A stretch of DNA of 52,478 nt, counting the filler, from Sphacelaria rigidula (Eukaryota), in the NCBI GenBank assembly GCA_964200075.2. It is 3 parts of 3 records of this genome, joined end to end, with 100 filler letters (N's around TTAATTAATTAA, not from the genome) between each part and the next. Parts side by side here need not be neighbours in the genome. Positions count along the whole stretch, not along the records: positions 1 to 17,429 come from CAXNAA020001087.1; positions 17,530 to 34,954 come from CAXNAA020001088.1; 1 more part is not named here. One strand, given 5' to 3'. Made by a program: the position numbers and the translations under genes. Below, piece by piece: positions 13,601 through 24,897 of this stretch; position 1 is the stretch's first letter; the number at the start of each line of letters is the position of its first letter. Under the pieces are notes generated by a model. The model saw only the letters and a list, made by a program, of their open reading frames with translations, made no database searches and was not told where the DNA came from.

Positions 13601-14689
13601 ATGCGGGTGCAATACTGTAGCTGAAGCTGTGGGAGCAAGGCTGTGAAATGACCAAGATATGAGACGCGAAACCACGCCTCTTCTACGTCTACGCACTTGA
13701 CATACTGCATACATGAGCGTGTAGAACATGACGTGGTAAGTATAATTATCTCGAAACCCCAGCGGACGAAGGTGCACAGGCACCGAGAGGTGCAAACTTG
13801 TGAGATGGTGCCGTTTTGGTTTATGTGATACCTTCGGTGAAGTTTTGTGATGGGAATCTTGCCATTTCTTTTCAGCGTTGGAGCAAGCAGATCATTTTGG
13901 TGCGTGCACCATATGCGTGCACTCGAGGCTTGCGCCAAGCAGTGTAGCTATGTGCAGAGCTCTCCAAACCTTGGGTCACGCTTTGCGTTTTGGTAATGGC
14001 CCGTCTCAAGAACTACACGTTTCTTTCTACCTCTGCGGGCCTGTCCGCGCTTTTCATCGGAGGATATGCAAAAACATGTTTGCACCTTGCATGCCTCTGT
14101 TCGTCAAGCAAAGTGCCATCGTTTACTTTCACTTTTATTGTTCCAGCTGCGGTTGAACATGTGCAGCCATACACGCCACCAACATATCGCGTACCCGTGT
14201 GTTCAGTTTCTCGTGAATGCTGGGGATGTCGTCGAAGTGTTTTTCAGCTATAAGTCAACCATGGCACAAAAACCCAGAGCAGGCTTCTCGTGGAGTCTTA
14301 CCCCCTGTCGTCAGCTCGATCATGCTCAGGTTCTGCAGTCCGAAGCTCACATATGCCCAGAATATGTTGAAACATGCGCGGTAGTGTAGATAGCACCAGA
14401 CCGATTATCCAAACATGCAATTTCTATTCGCACAAATCTTCTACGAAACATTTACGACGCTCTGCGTTTCTCGGCTTCGTGTACAAGTGTAAATGACATA
14501 TGCCCCCGTTACTGTCATGCAAGACGGGGCTGCTGTTGACAATGGATAGGAGTTTCGTGCCTCGCACATGATGGTGATGGTGATGGTGCATCCTTCCAGC
14601 CGCGGTGCTTGTATAGTCTGTGTATGAAGCATGACAGCTGTTTGCTTTTCACCGCCTCACCTCAGGTGATTATCGCACGCTAGGCGACG

Positions 14690-16820
14690 ATGGCAGACTC
14701 ATCATGCTGCATTTGCTACGAAGAACTGGCGGGGGGTTTGACCGCCGCACCTTGCGGACATGTCATGCACACAACGTGGTGAGTACATGTTCGACACAAC
14801 AGCACGCTACACTTTGGCTTGACGCGTGCTTATTTACCACATTTGTGGGCCACTAGATATCACATGACTGAAAATAGAATGACATAAGATCTGCGGCAAC
14901 GACATGTACAGGACTGCTTTATGAATGGGGTGTGCTGAAGTCGCGCGACACGGTGTAGCTTCACAACTTCCCAAGACCCCTTTCGCTCTCTTCATTGCTC
15001 TTTCACGGTGCTAGATTGCAATGAGCGAATGCAACGCTGCCGTGTGCCCATGCCAGCACACAGACGTGCCCATGCTGTAGACAACGGTGCATGGGGTCGA
15101 ACTTCGTTGCTATTGTGAGCAACAGAGCTTGCGTTCCCAACGTTTGCCAGGGGCCCTTGCGCTTGATCGCACAATACGGCCGTATTGTATTGTATTGCAG
15201 CGGTATGTCAATTGACAGAGCACGGCGCTAATGTTTCGCCCTCCTTTTCTCTTGGAAAAACCATGACTTCCTCACCCCACATTCTCTGCCGTGTACACCC
15301 CTTCCTGCACAAACCCCCCTCACTTTCTCCCTCCGTCCCTCCGTATCTCACTATCCGTTTGTCGCCCATCCGCACGATACAGCATTGACCAATGGCACAA
15401 AACCTCTCCAACCTGTCCTATCTGTAAAGTGGGGCTCCCGCGACGACGATCGCAGCTCTTGAAGCTATTCTTTTCAGCTGGCAATCCCTCACCTCGAGCC
15501 GATGAAGACCATCGCTTGAGTTGCTCCACCACGGCCGCGGCCAGTGGGGGCGCCGAGGTCGAGACGGGGGATGGGGGCGAGGCAGACTCTCGAGAAGGGC
15601 AACATCTTTCGCCGGCGGATGCTCGCGCGCTGCGGTCCGAGCTGGCGTGCGCTAGACGGGTGAGGAACACATGTCAACGCCGCTCCATCCGGGAAATGGG
15701 CGGGCGATTTCGTGCCTTCTGCCCTCTACTATTTTTGTGTATTTGCCAGCTAACTGATGCTGTAGTGTACAAATTGATACTGTAACAGCTTCACGAAAAA
15801 CACACGCAGCCACCGCGTGTGTATTTTGCGGACGCAATGCACGCGCATGACGCGACCAAACACAGCGCTCGTTCGTCAATACTCCACAGTTATGGTATCA
15901 CGCTCTGGAGTGAGTGGTCTGTGCTTCATGATGTGTCCATTCACTTGCCCCGAGGGAAACTTTTTGGAACACCTCTGTTTGGCTTGACAGGATTACTGTA
16001 CGCGCTCGTCTTGTCACGAAATTGTACAACGATCAAATCACATGTTTTGTGCAGCGTGTAAAATGCCACAAGTACTTTACTGTACTGCAGATTTGGATTT
16101 GTTCCACGTGTGGTTTTTTGCCATTCGCCCTCTGTGCTTTTGCGGCTCAGCGGCGACAGCTCGTGGCCGTCGGCGCGCAGGGTGTTGGGACGACCAAAAA
16201 CCCAGGGATATTGTCGGCGGGTAGTGCAGGTCTAGTCTTGTTCTTGCTCACCGCATGTCTTGCTAAGCTTCGCAGGGGCCTTCACGACTTCGGGCGCGAT
16301 AATGCTCTAGAGTGGGCATGGTCTCAAAACTTGGAAAATAACCTTTTTTGTGTCAGTGAATGCATGACGAGATATTTTGCCTCCTACTTGTTTTCCTCGT
16401 GCCCACTGCACTCTAGTAGATAGGAGCGTTCCGTGGATACGAGTGTTGCGTGGGTCCAATTCCTGCGCTCTCCCTCGCTCCACTTGTACTCGGCTCGCCA
16501 CGCGACAGATGCAATTCGGCTCTTGATACTGTCACTCTTGCCGCTATGAACCTCAGCTGATCTCCAACCCGTGTGACGTGTACAACTTGGGCCATATCAG
16601 CCTCCTTGATGCCCCAAGAAATCGGCGAACCTTGGTTGTATAAATTGTCGAGCAGATCGTGGAAGAGAAGACGCTGGTGTGCGCACGGAACAGCGAGCAC
16701 GTGAAGGCTCTCACCGAACGCCTGGTAGAGACAAAGGCCACCTGCGCTGTGAGGACGATGGAGTTGGAGGGGATGCTCGAGTCCACAGCTGCTGAGCTTG
16801 AGCGAATGAAGATCGATCTA
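14690..16820 (+). CDS. TRAIP: TRAIP-like RING-H2 E3 ubiquitin ligase, 3'-partial (3 coding exons)
   Basis: Exons 14690-14778 (MADSSCCICYEELAGGLTAAPCGHVMHTT), 15383-15659 (CIDQWHKTSPTCPICK...LLKLFF) and 16656-16820 (coiled-coil-like), with canonical splice sites and consistent phases. An N-terminal RING followed by KLFF and a coiled coil matches TRAIP architecture. The RING domain is clear and the orthology is inferred. Confidence 0.8.
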
Positions 16821-17429
16821 GTGAGGGCCACGAAAATATTTCAAGGATCCGTTCGTGCATGCGGCACAAGACAAGATTCATCCACAATATTCGTCCGCGT
16901 TTGTTGTTCCTACTTCGGACTGCAAAAATATATATTTTGTGGCCGTTCAGACCGCCTCACGGGTCTCACGCAAGTGGTACTGTCAGCGATCGATTGCTTG
17001 TCACGAATCGCCTCGGTGTTGTTGTTGTATACATATATACTCATTCGGTAGTTTGACAGTAGGATTCGGATGGTAAACGATTATTCCTATGTGGTGCCTG
17101 TCTGTCCGCAACTACCGCGAGAGAAGGAATTATGACGTCACCTTTTGTCCTTGGACGCAACGCTATGGAAGTTGGTGGGCCGTCTACCGTAGGATCATGA
17201 CCACAGGCAGTGCCAGCTGGACAAACGAGGCAGTGTCATGTCCATGTGATGCCATGTCATGTCCTGCCCGTCCCCCGCCCCCGTTGCGATAGTCTAGTCT
17301 TCCAGGAAGCTGTTGGAGAGATGTAGGATACCCCACCCTCAGACTGTGCTCTACTTATTATTATTATTATATCCATCACATTAGCTCGATCTCTCGAACC
17401 CGTGGTCACAGAGTGCAAGGAAGCATACC

Positions 17430-17529
17430 NNNNNNNNNNNNNNNNNNNNNNNNNNNNNNNNNNNNNNNNNNNNTTAATTAATTAANNNNNNNNNNNNNNN
17501 NNNNNNNNNNNNNNNNNNNNNNNNNNNNN
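17430..17529. other. Artificial contig spacer
   Basis: 44 N + TTAATTAATTAA (stop in all six frames) + 44 N, exactly 100 bp. Confidence 0.97.
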
Positions 17530-18249
17530 TAGGAGATTCAGCCCTTACAGCTCTCTTACTCAGTACAGCCGCAGGGCAGCCATAGGAGCAGAGCGTAGTG
17601 ATGGCCCAGGGTAGACCACGGCAAAGGCAGTAACTGACTGAGATGGGGCGCCGCGGCCTAGGGCCGAGGCTGAAGAACCCTAACTTATGATAGGAGCAAA
17701 CGCGATAACAACGCATCACGGAATCCAGGCTCTACGAGCAGACCCGCACAGCGTACATCTTGCAACGCCTCTGAGCTTCATCACACATGGGATTTGGTCA
17801 AAGAGAAAATATTGGCCAAGACTTTGAGCAGATGGGCTCATTCCCCTTGATTAGACGATTAATACGAACAGCCTCCGTATTTCGACTCATCTCCTAAGCA
17901 GCCTTTGTAATACAGCCGTCGAACAAGCGATGTGTCCACGGTCGTTCAACATGAATAGCTCAACTCGCGAACTGATATTATGTTGCACGTTACTCGGTAC
18001 CCCAACGGACGGGTGGCGTTACATTATGGGTTGACGCCTCTTCAACCTGCCGCCAGAGTGAAGAGCAAGGCTGTAGGCAAGGGTCGTTGATTTTAAACTC
18101 GGACCTACTCATATTCACTTCAAAAGATCATCCGGTCACATCCACGCGGATGTTTTGATCTGGATCTTCAAATTAAGAAATTACGGTTCACTACCGGAAA
18201 TTGTGAATATTTCACCGACGAACGAATGCTGAATTCAACTGTTCGACTT

Positions 18250-18840
18250 TGTGACATGGCAGGAAGTTCACCCTACTGACTCGAACACATACTCAAGCGC
18301 TAAAAACAGCGTCGGTCTTCATCCCTGAACCATCGACAGTTGAGCTTGATCCAAACAGTATCTGAGACACGCGCTGTCAGCAAATGGTATCGAAGTAGGA
18401 GATGACCAAACCGACGTACATCGCAAGTACTTACTTTCAGTGATGGGCACGATGACGTTCGTGAGGGAACTTATACCGAACCTCATAGAAGTGACTTCGC
18501 AGCGCTAAACGTTTTAAGCCTGAACATGACGCAGCCTTGCAAAACATAACGGTTTCTGACGAGCACACTGGTCCTTAATTTCCCAGAATTTTCAAAGCCA
18601 TCCAACCAGAGGCGTCAACGGGAGAGGCCGGCTCGATTTCGATCTAATAGAAGGCGACGAGGTGTGCTCATAATATATACCAGCCAACGTTTGAACCACG
18701 CTCAGCAGCAGTACTCTGTGAGACCCAGGGAATGTTATGTGGATGTAAAAAAAGAAAATTCGATACATCAAGGCGCCCCGTTTTATGGGGGTCGACATTC
18801 TATACCTGGGTGACGGATCATGCAACACTGAAATTTCTGT
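18250..18840 (+). pseudogene. Highly decayed Ty3/Gypsy RT-RNase H fragment, older relative of the downstream element
   Basis: Broken pieces LLSVMGTMTFVRELIPNLIEV, PEHDAA, LVLNFPEFSK, SQRLNHAQQQYS and VTDHATLKFL align by eye to LRSVLGTINFVRKFIPNLAQV, HEHDAA, PVLHFPDFSK, SQRFNHAQRHYS and VTDHAALRYL of the downstream pol. Confidence 0.8.
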
Positions 18841-19207
18841 CGAATATGTGAAGCGAGAAGAGCAACTACCGTAGAATCTATCAAAGATGGAGGTTCTAAG
18901 GTAGCACGCGTTACGCAAAAGTACGGAAAATCAAGGGGGAAAACTGTGCAACACGAAATGGGTGCCGACCCTCTGGTGGGAAGTAAAAAGGGCAAGAAAC
19001 GTGTGCAGTTTGCTAGCCAAGGCGTAGCTTCTTTTGTGAGGTCATGTAAGAGAGTACATGTGGAAGGAGTTGCGGTTGCAAAGGCTAGAACATAAGAGCA
19101 AGTGGGGAATAAAACAGGTCGAGATAAGATGTTACGTGGGAGGCATCACCACCTGACATCGCCCCCAAGCTGCTTTTGTAAGCAAGACGTCTCTAGAGAC
19201 TAATAAA

Positions 19208-22200
19208 ATGCACGGATCCAAACTTTTGCCCCCAAGCTCGACAAAATTCGAGTCTTTTTTCTTATCTTCGTTGGCCCGCTACCCTAGGAAGCCGGCAACG
19301 CTACGACCTGCATCAGCAAGAGTGCAGGTTCCCGCCAGAGTCAACGGAATGGAGGTTCCGGCCATAACTATTGATACTGATTCGGATCTTCCCATAGTCA
19401 GTCTCAAGTTCATTCGTGCACATCCTACTTTGAGAGAGCAGGACATTCAATCCGTCCCATCGCGTTCTATCGATCTAAGGAGTGCTGACGGTTCACCAAC
19501 CACGATAAAGGGATTAATTCGCTTTGACCTCACGCTGGGTGACGTAACCTTGCCCGTCGAAGCATTTATCCTCAGGGATCTCGGGCCAGATCTCATGCTG
19601 ATAGAGAATTCGGGGATGGGCACATTTGGCGGGATTCTCGATTGGCAGGCAGAAACCCTGGCGTTTCGTAGTTCAACAGTTCGCCTTACAGCTACTCATC
19701 GACGAAAAGACAGAAAAGTTCATCCGAAGTTTTTAGAGTATGATTATTGTTCTGTCATACGGGTAGCATCGGCTGAAAATGTCCCGGTGTAACTCTCAAA
19801 GAGATGCTCCGTCCCGCCGCGAAGTGAGATGGCTCTCCTGGTTGAAACAAATGAGCCGCCAAAATTTACGACCGAAGCGGGCATTGAGCCAAAAATTGTA
19901 GCGAGTGAAGACCTCCAATCCAACAACGTACCGGATGCTTTTAGCCGCCTCGTTGTAGCACGCACAGCCTGCACCTGGTCAGCGGTCAACAAAACAGCTA
20001 TGGTACAAGTAGCAAACCCGTCGAATAGACACGTCCAACTCCCAAGAGATTCACTTTTGGGACACATCACACGAGTCGAAAAAAATCACCCGACGGGAAA
20101 CGCCGGTGAAATTTCACAAGTTGAAACAAATGAGCCGACGAAAAACGTCAGTGCAATTTCACAAGCTGAACGGCAACATACTGACGCCCGAGAAGAACTT
20201 ACACCAGCGCTCCAACATACATTTAAAGATAGCACGTTTTCTGACAATCAGAAGAGCCAAGTGCTCGACCTATGCATCAAATACAGGTCCGTATTATCTC
20301 TGTCACAACGAGAATTAGGTTGTTGTACAATTGGGGAAGCAACTTTTCCCCTTGTCCCGGGTACCAAGCCCGTCGATCAGGCCCCGTACAGAGCCAACCC
20401 CAGAATTCAAGAAGTCATCGACAACTGTGTCCAGGAGATGGAAAAATACGGCATAATCGAACAGAGACCCAGCCCATGGGGCTCGGCAGGGACGATCGTA
20501 GCTAAACATGATGGTAGCGCCCGATTTTGTGGCGACTACAGATCCACGCTCAATAAAAGTCTTGTGCGACAGTCATGGCCAATGCCTAATTTGGAAAGTC
20601 ATGTAGATACGGTGGCAGGCGCCAAACTTATCTCTGTCTTTGATGTACAGAGCGCGTTCCATCAGATCCCAATAGCGGAGGAGGAGAAAGAAAAATCGGT
20701 CTTTGTTACAGAGAAAGGTAAGTGGGTTTTCAACAGGCTACCGTTCGGCCTGGCATCTTCCCCGTTCATTTTCTCGCGAATAATGGCTCTTACTCTCTCA
20801 CACTTTGGACCTAGGAGCGGTCTGTTGGTGTACATGGATGATTTGATCGCCTGTTCCTCCACATGGGAAAGTCACCTCACTCTACTGGAAGACATGCTCA
20901 AAGCACTGAAAAAAGCAGGTCTTACCCTAAAGCCCTCTGAAGCACAGTTTGGTCCCAAGGAGGTCAAGTACCTCGGCTACACTTTGTCCGCCGACGGGAT
21001 CAAAACAGGGGAAGACCGCGTGAAGGCCATCTTAGATTCACCTACACCAACGAACATCAAACAATTACGTTCAGTGTTAGGGACGATTAATTTTGTGAGA
21101 AAATTTATTCCGAATCTCGCACAGGTAATCGCCCCGTTGGTAGATCTAGCGAAAAAACAGGCAGCCAAGGAAGTAGCAAAACGCTGGAATCACGAACACG
21201 ATGCAGCTTTCGCCGAAGTTAAAAAGCGTCTCACCACCGCTCCCGTCCTTCACTTCCCAGACTTTTCAAAGGAGTCCACCATCCAAGTTGACGCGTCTGG
21301 AGAGGGTGCTGGATCGGTGCTCACCCAAGATAAAGGGGGCAAAACTGCAATCGTAGCGTATTGCAGTCAGCGTTTCAATCATGCTCAGCGGCACTACTCT
21401 GCTGCACTCAAATAATGTTATGCAGTTGTATTAACTATACAACACTGGAGGCCCTTTTTATGGGGAAAACATTTCACGTGTGTGACAGACCATGCCGCAC
21501 TACGGTACCTCTACTCCATGCAAGACACGAGCAATATGTTGACAAGATGGGCGATAGCTTTACAGTCCTTTGACTTCACTGTGAGGCACAAACCGGGAAA
21601 ATTAAATATCGTTCCGGACACTCTGTCAAGGTTCTTTCGGTTTCAATAAGACCAGAATAATGAGGTCAAACCCCTGCTCGCGCCAACTTCTCGGAATGTC
21701 CCAGAGAATATCAAATTGCACGCGAAGAAACCGCACCAACCGTTTTAGATTTCAGCGGATAAATTGGATAATCTCATACCAGTACAGAGCGACAGAGAGC
21801 TGTTTACCGTCAACGCTACCCACACAAGCGCTACACATATTTTCACGTCTGTAAACAAAGACAAGTTGCGAACCGAACAGATAAAATAATATGGCTCTTA
21901 CATTCAATATCTGACAGACGACGACGCACCGTTACCGAAAAAGCAGACACTGACTTCTATGTCCTACGTTTTGCTCCGTGACGGTATTTTGTTCAGGTCA
22001 TACTTGCCAGGGAACCTTCGGGAAAACGGCACCGACCGCGATAGACTAGTGCTACCAGAAGCTCTGGTTAATTTCGTTCTGCACTCCTATCACGATCATG
22101 TGTTGTCTGGAGGTCACCTTGGATTCAAACCGACGTATGAAAAGATTAAGAACAAATATTATTGGCCGACATTGAGCCAAGATGTGCGAAAGTGATGTCA

Positions 22201-23443
22201 ACGTTGCCACTCATGTCAGATAAGAAAAACGGCCCATAACCGTCCGAAATTGCCTGTAGGCCACGTACCTGTGAACAGACCTTTTGAGCGGATATCGATA
22301 GATGTTGTCGAATACGAGACGATTTCAAATTCGTCAGCCGGTGTGCCGTGTAAGTATGTAATGTCTGTGATGGATCATCTGACACGATATGCACTGTTTA
22401 TTCCCATACCGAACAAATCCGCCAATACGGTGGCAAGAATGTTGGTAGACCGTGTCTTCACGACATTTGCGATCCCCGAATAACTTCATTCTGATCGTGG
22501 TAAAGAGTTCGAGAACCGGGTAATACACCAGTTGCAGTTGATCCTGAAGTTTGACAAAACACGCACGACACCATTCCGCCCTCAAGGCAACTCTATTTCA
22601 GAACGCGTACACTCGAATTTGCACGCTATGTTAGCCGTGCATGGTACGGTCGAACAAGACAACTGGGCGTCTATGCTACCCTTCGTGCAAATGGCGTATA
22701 ATATATCATTCAACACTTCAGTGCAAGAGACATCCTATTTTCTCACGTTCGGACGTCAACCAAGATTACCTGTCGACATTATTTTGGGCATTTCCGAAAA
22801 AGGGCACGCTGTGGATGCTGAACAATACGCGAAAGAGACAAAATAGAACTTGCAGATAGCTTTTGAAATTGCAAGACGCAACTTGAAAAAACGAGCAGAC
22901 AAACAAAAGGCAAGCAATGATAAGCTCAAGCCATATCCTGTCTTTAAACCTGGCCAACAAGTGCTACTGTTGAGGCCACACCAAGACACAGACGGTCCTG
23001 ATCCAAAGTTGGTATTACCATGGCGGGGGCCATACAAGGTTGTCAAACAAATTTCTCCGGTTGTCTATAAGGCCAAGATAGGCGAAGATGCAAAAGAGAC
23101 GTCAGTACACCTCGCCCACCTTGAGCAATACTATCCACGAGAACGACCCCCAGCTCCCGAGTTTGACCGACTCGACGCTTTTTTCCTAGGCAAAAAACTA
23201 CCCCTGCCCCAAGTTGACCGTCCGAAAGTAACGAAACCAAGAATTGAACGTTACATCGTTGACAAGGTGGTGGGCCACAAACGAGGTCCGGGAAGAAAGA
23301 GCCATCGAAATTACAAGTACCGCCTCCGTCTTCAAGGCTACGGGCCGTCAGCAGACTTAGAGTACCGAGCGGACGAGATACCACAATGTCAACAACTCAT
23401 GAACCCGTATCGAAGAAAAGTAAAGTTGGATAATACGCGCTAA
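19208..23443 (+). pseudogene. pol: Gypsy pol (protease, RT, RNase H, integrase, chromodomain) interrupted by nonsense codons
   Basis: Single frame throughout: IDTDS (decayed protease site), SPWGS, LPFGL, YMDD, VDAS, TDH, HDHVLSGGHLG..CHSC Zn finger, SIDVV/HSDRGKEF/GNSISER DDE core, WRGPY, and YIVDKVVGHK..YRLRLQGYG chromodomain. Stops at 19790, 21413, 21647, 21746, 21887, 22193, 22481 and 22844. Confidence 0.95.
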
Positions 23444-23950
23444 TTTGACTCGCCATCTCAAAATCCGAAGGAAAAAAAAGGAGAGAAAAATATAAGGCGA
23501 GCCGGAAAAAAAATCGTGTCATACTTACACGACCAACAGAATGTCTGAAAAAAAAAAACGCCTATAAAATCAAACTAAGTTGAATAATACGCGCAAAGAN
23601 NNNNNNNGTCGAGACGGAAAAAAAAATGTCTTATATTTACACAACGAAGAGAATATGTAAAAAAAAAAACGCCTATAAAATCAAACTAAGTTGAATAATA
23701 CGCGCAAAGATGCCTCGCCGTCCCCAAAATTCACGAAAAAAAAAATAATTACGGCGAGCAGCGGCAGTAATTTTTCGTGTCAGGCCTACACGACTAAAAT
23801 AATATTCAGACATGAACGCGTATCAAATCAGTTCAAGATGAAACAATACGCGCTAACTTGACTCTCCGTGTCATAAATCCGGAGAAAAGAGACGAGATTA
23901 TAAGGCGAGCTGAAAAAAATAATCGTGTCATACCTACACGACTAACAATA
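23430..23950 (+). repeat. ~130-140 bp degenerate tandem repeats in the retroelement 3' region
   Basis: Recurrent AATACGCGC...AAGGCGAGC...AATCGTGTCATAC.TACACGAC (about 4 units). An 8-N gap at 23600 may inflate the copy number. Confidence 0.7.
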
Positions 23951-24529
23951 ATATGGGGACAGATCTCACGATTGAAAACAGATCGACGGTGAAGAGAGAC
24001 TTGGTCTTCAAATCAAGCTCTTATCAGCATAAGGGGAACTCGCTGACAAGGATTATCGTAAAAGCTCCTTCTACTCCGAGCAAAATGCTCCGAAAAAAGA
24101 AAAGCACATTTTTTCCACCGCTGTACCCGATATCACTTCTCCCTGGTTACCTAATATATCGCGCGGCCACCATAGCTCCAATCCTCTGCAAGTCATGAGC
24201 GGACTTTATTGGTACAGATCGTCGGATACGGTAATCTGTGTAGATCGTTCAGATAATCACTGAACGACACTTGCACGAAATTCCACGGAAAACAAGCTAT
24301 TTTCCATTAATTTTCTTTACACGAGCCTGTAGGAGAACGTCGATAAATTTTATTGGTTCGTGTTTCTCAACACCTAGTATAGAGGATATGACGCGTTCAA
24401 CTCCAGGCTACTATAAAGGTATCTCAGAAGCACATATAAATTAGACTCCCAAAAAATATCATTCTACCGAATGTCCGCCACGAGCCTTCACAGATGGCCT
24501 CGCGGCGCATCAAAGGGGGGGGGGTGATG

Positions 24530-24897
24530 TGTGGAGATCGCCATTTGGGCATGTGCGGAGAGATTTCTTTTTATGACTTGTAACCTAGTGAACGGCTGCT
24601 ACAGGGGTAAGTTCGCACGAGCCCCGAAACTTCCATATCTGTACAGCCGGATCTGGGACCTCAAGGTAACAGGGATCTTCCCAGCGAACTGCTGGCTATC
24701 CCTGGGGTATCACTCTTGATCAAGACTCTCAGACTTCGTCATCGGGCTAAGTCGCTCGCGCTCGTCGAGCTTTCCCGAGTGATCCACTTTGCCTCAACCC
24801 CACGACTTACGGTCAATCCTTGACTACATAACCCGAGGGAAATCATCGGCCACCTTCGACGGTTTCTACCGTCACCGGGAGTCTCACGACTTCCACA
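24530..24897 (+). repeat. Probable 3' LTR preceded by a polypurine tract
   Basis: PPT AAAGGGGGGGGGG at 24512-24524. TG...CA ends with imperfect inverted termini TGTGGAGATCG / CGACTTCCACA. Boundaries cannot be confirmed against a second LTR. Confidence 0.65.

Larger units (their letters stand above)
18841..24897 (+). mobile_element. 5'-truncated Ty3/Gypsy LTR retrotransposon with chromodomain integrase
   Basis: pol in PR-RT-RH-INT order, 3' tandem repeats, polypurine tract and one LTR-like segment. No 5' LTR is present in the contig. Confidence 0.9.

Noticed and set aside
19208-23443. Stop-codon reassignment or readthrough keeping pol functional
   Set aside because: All three stop types occur at positions expecting different residues, the protease site is also decayed, and the host primase gene ends with a normal TAG.
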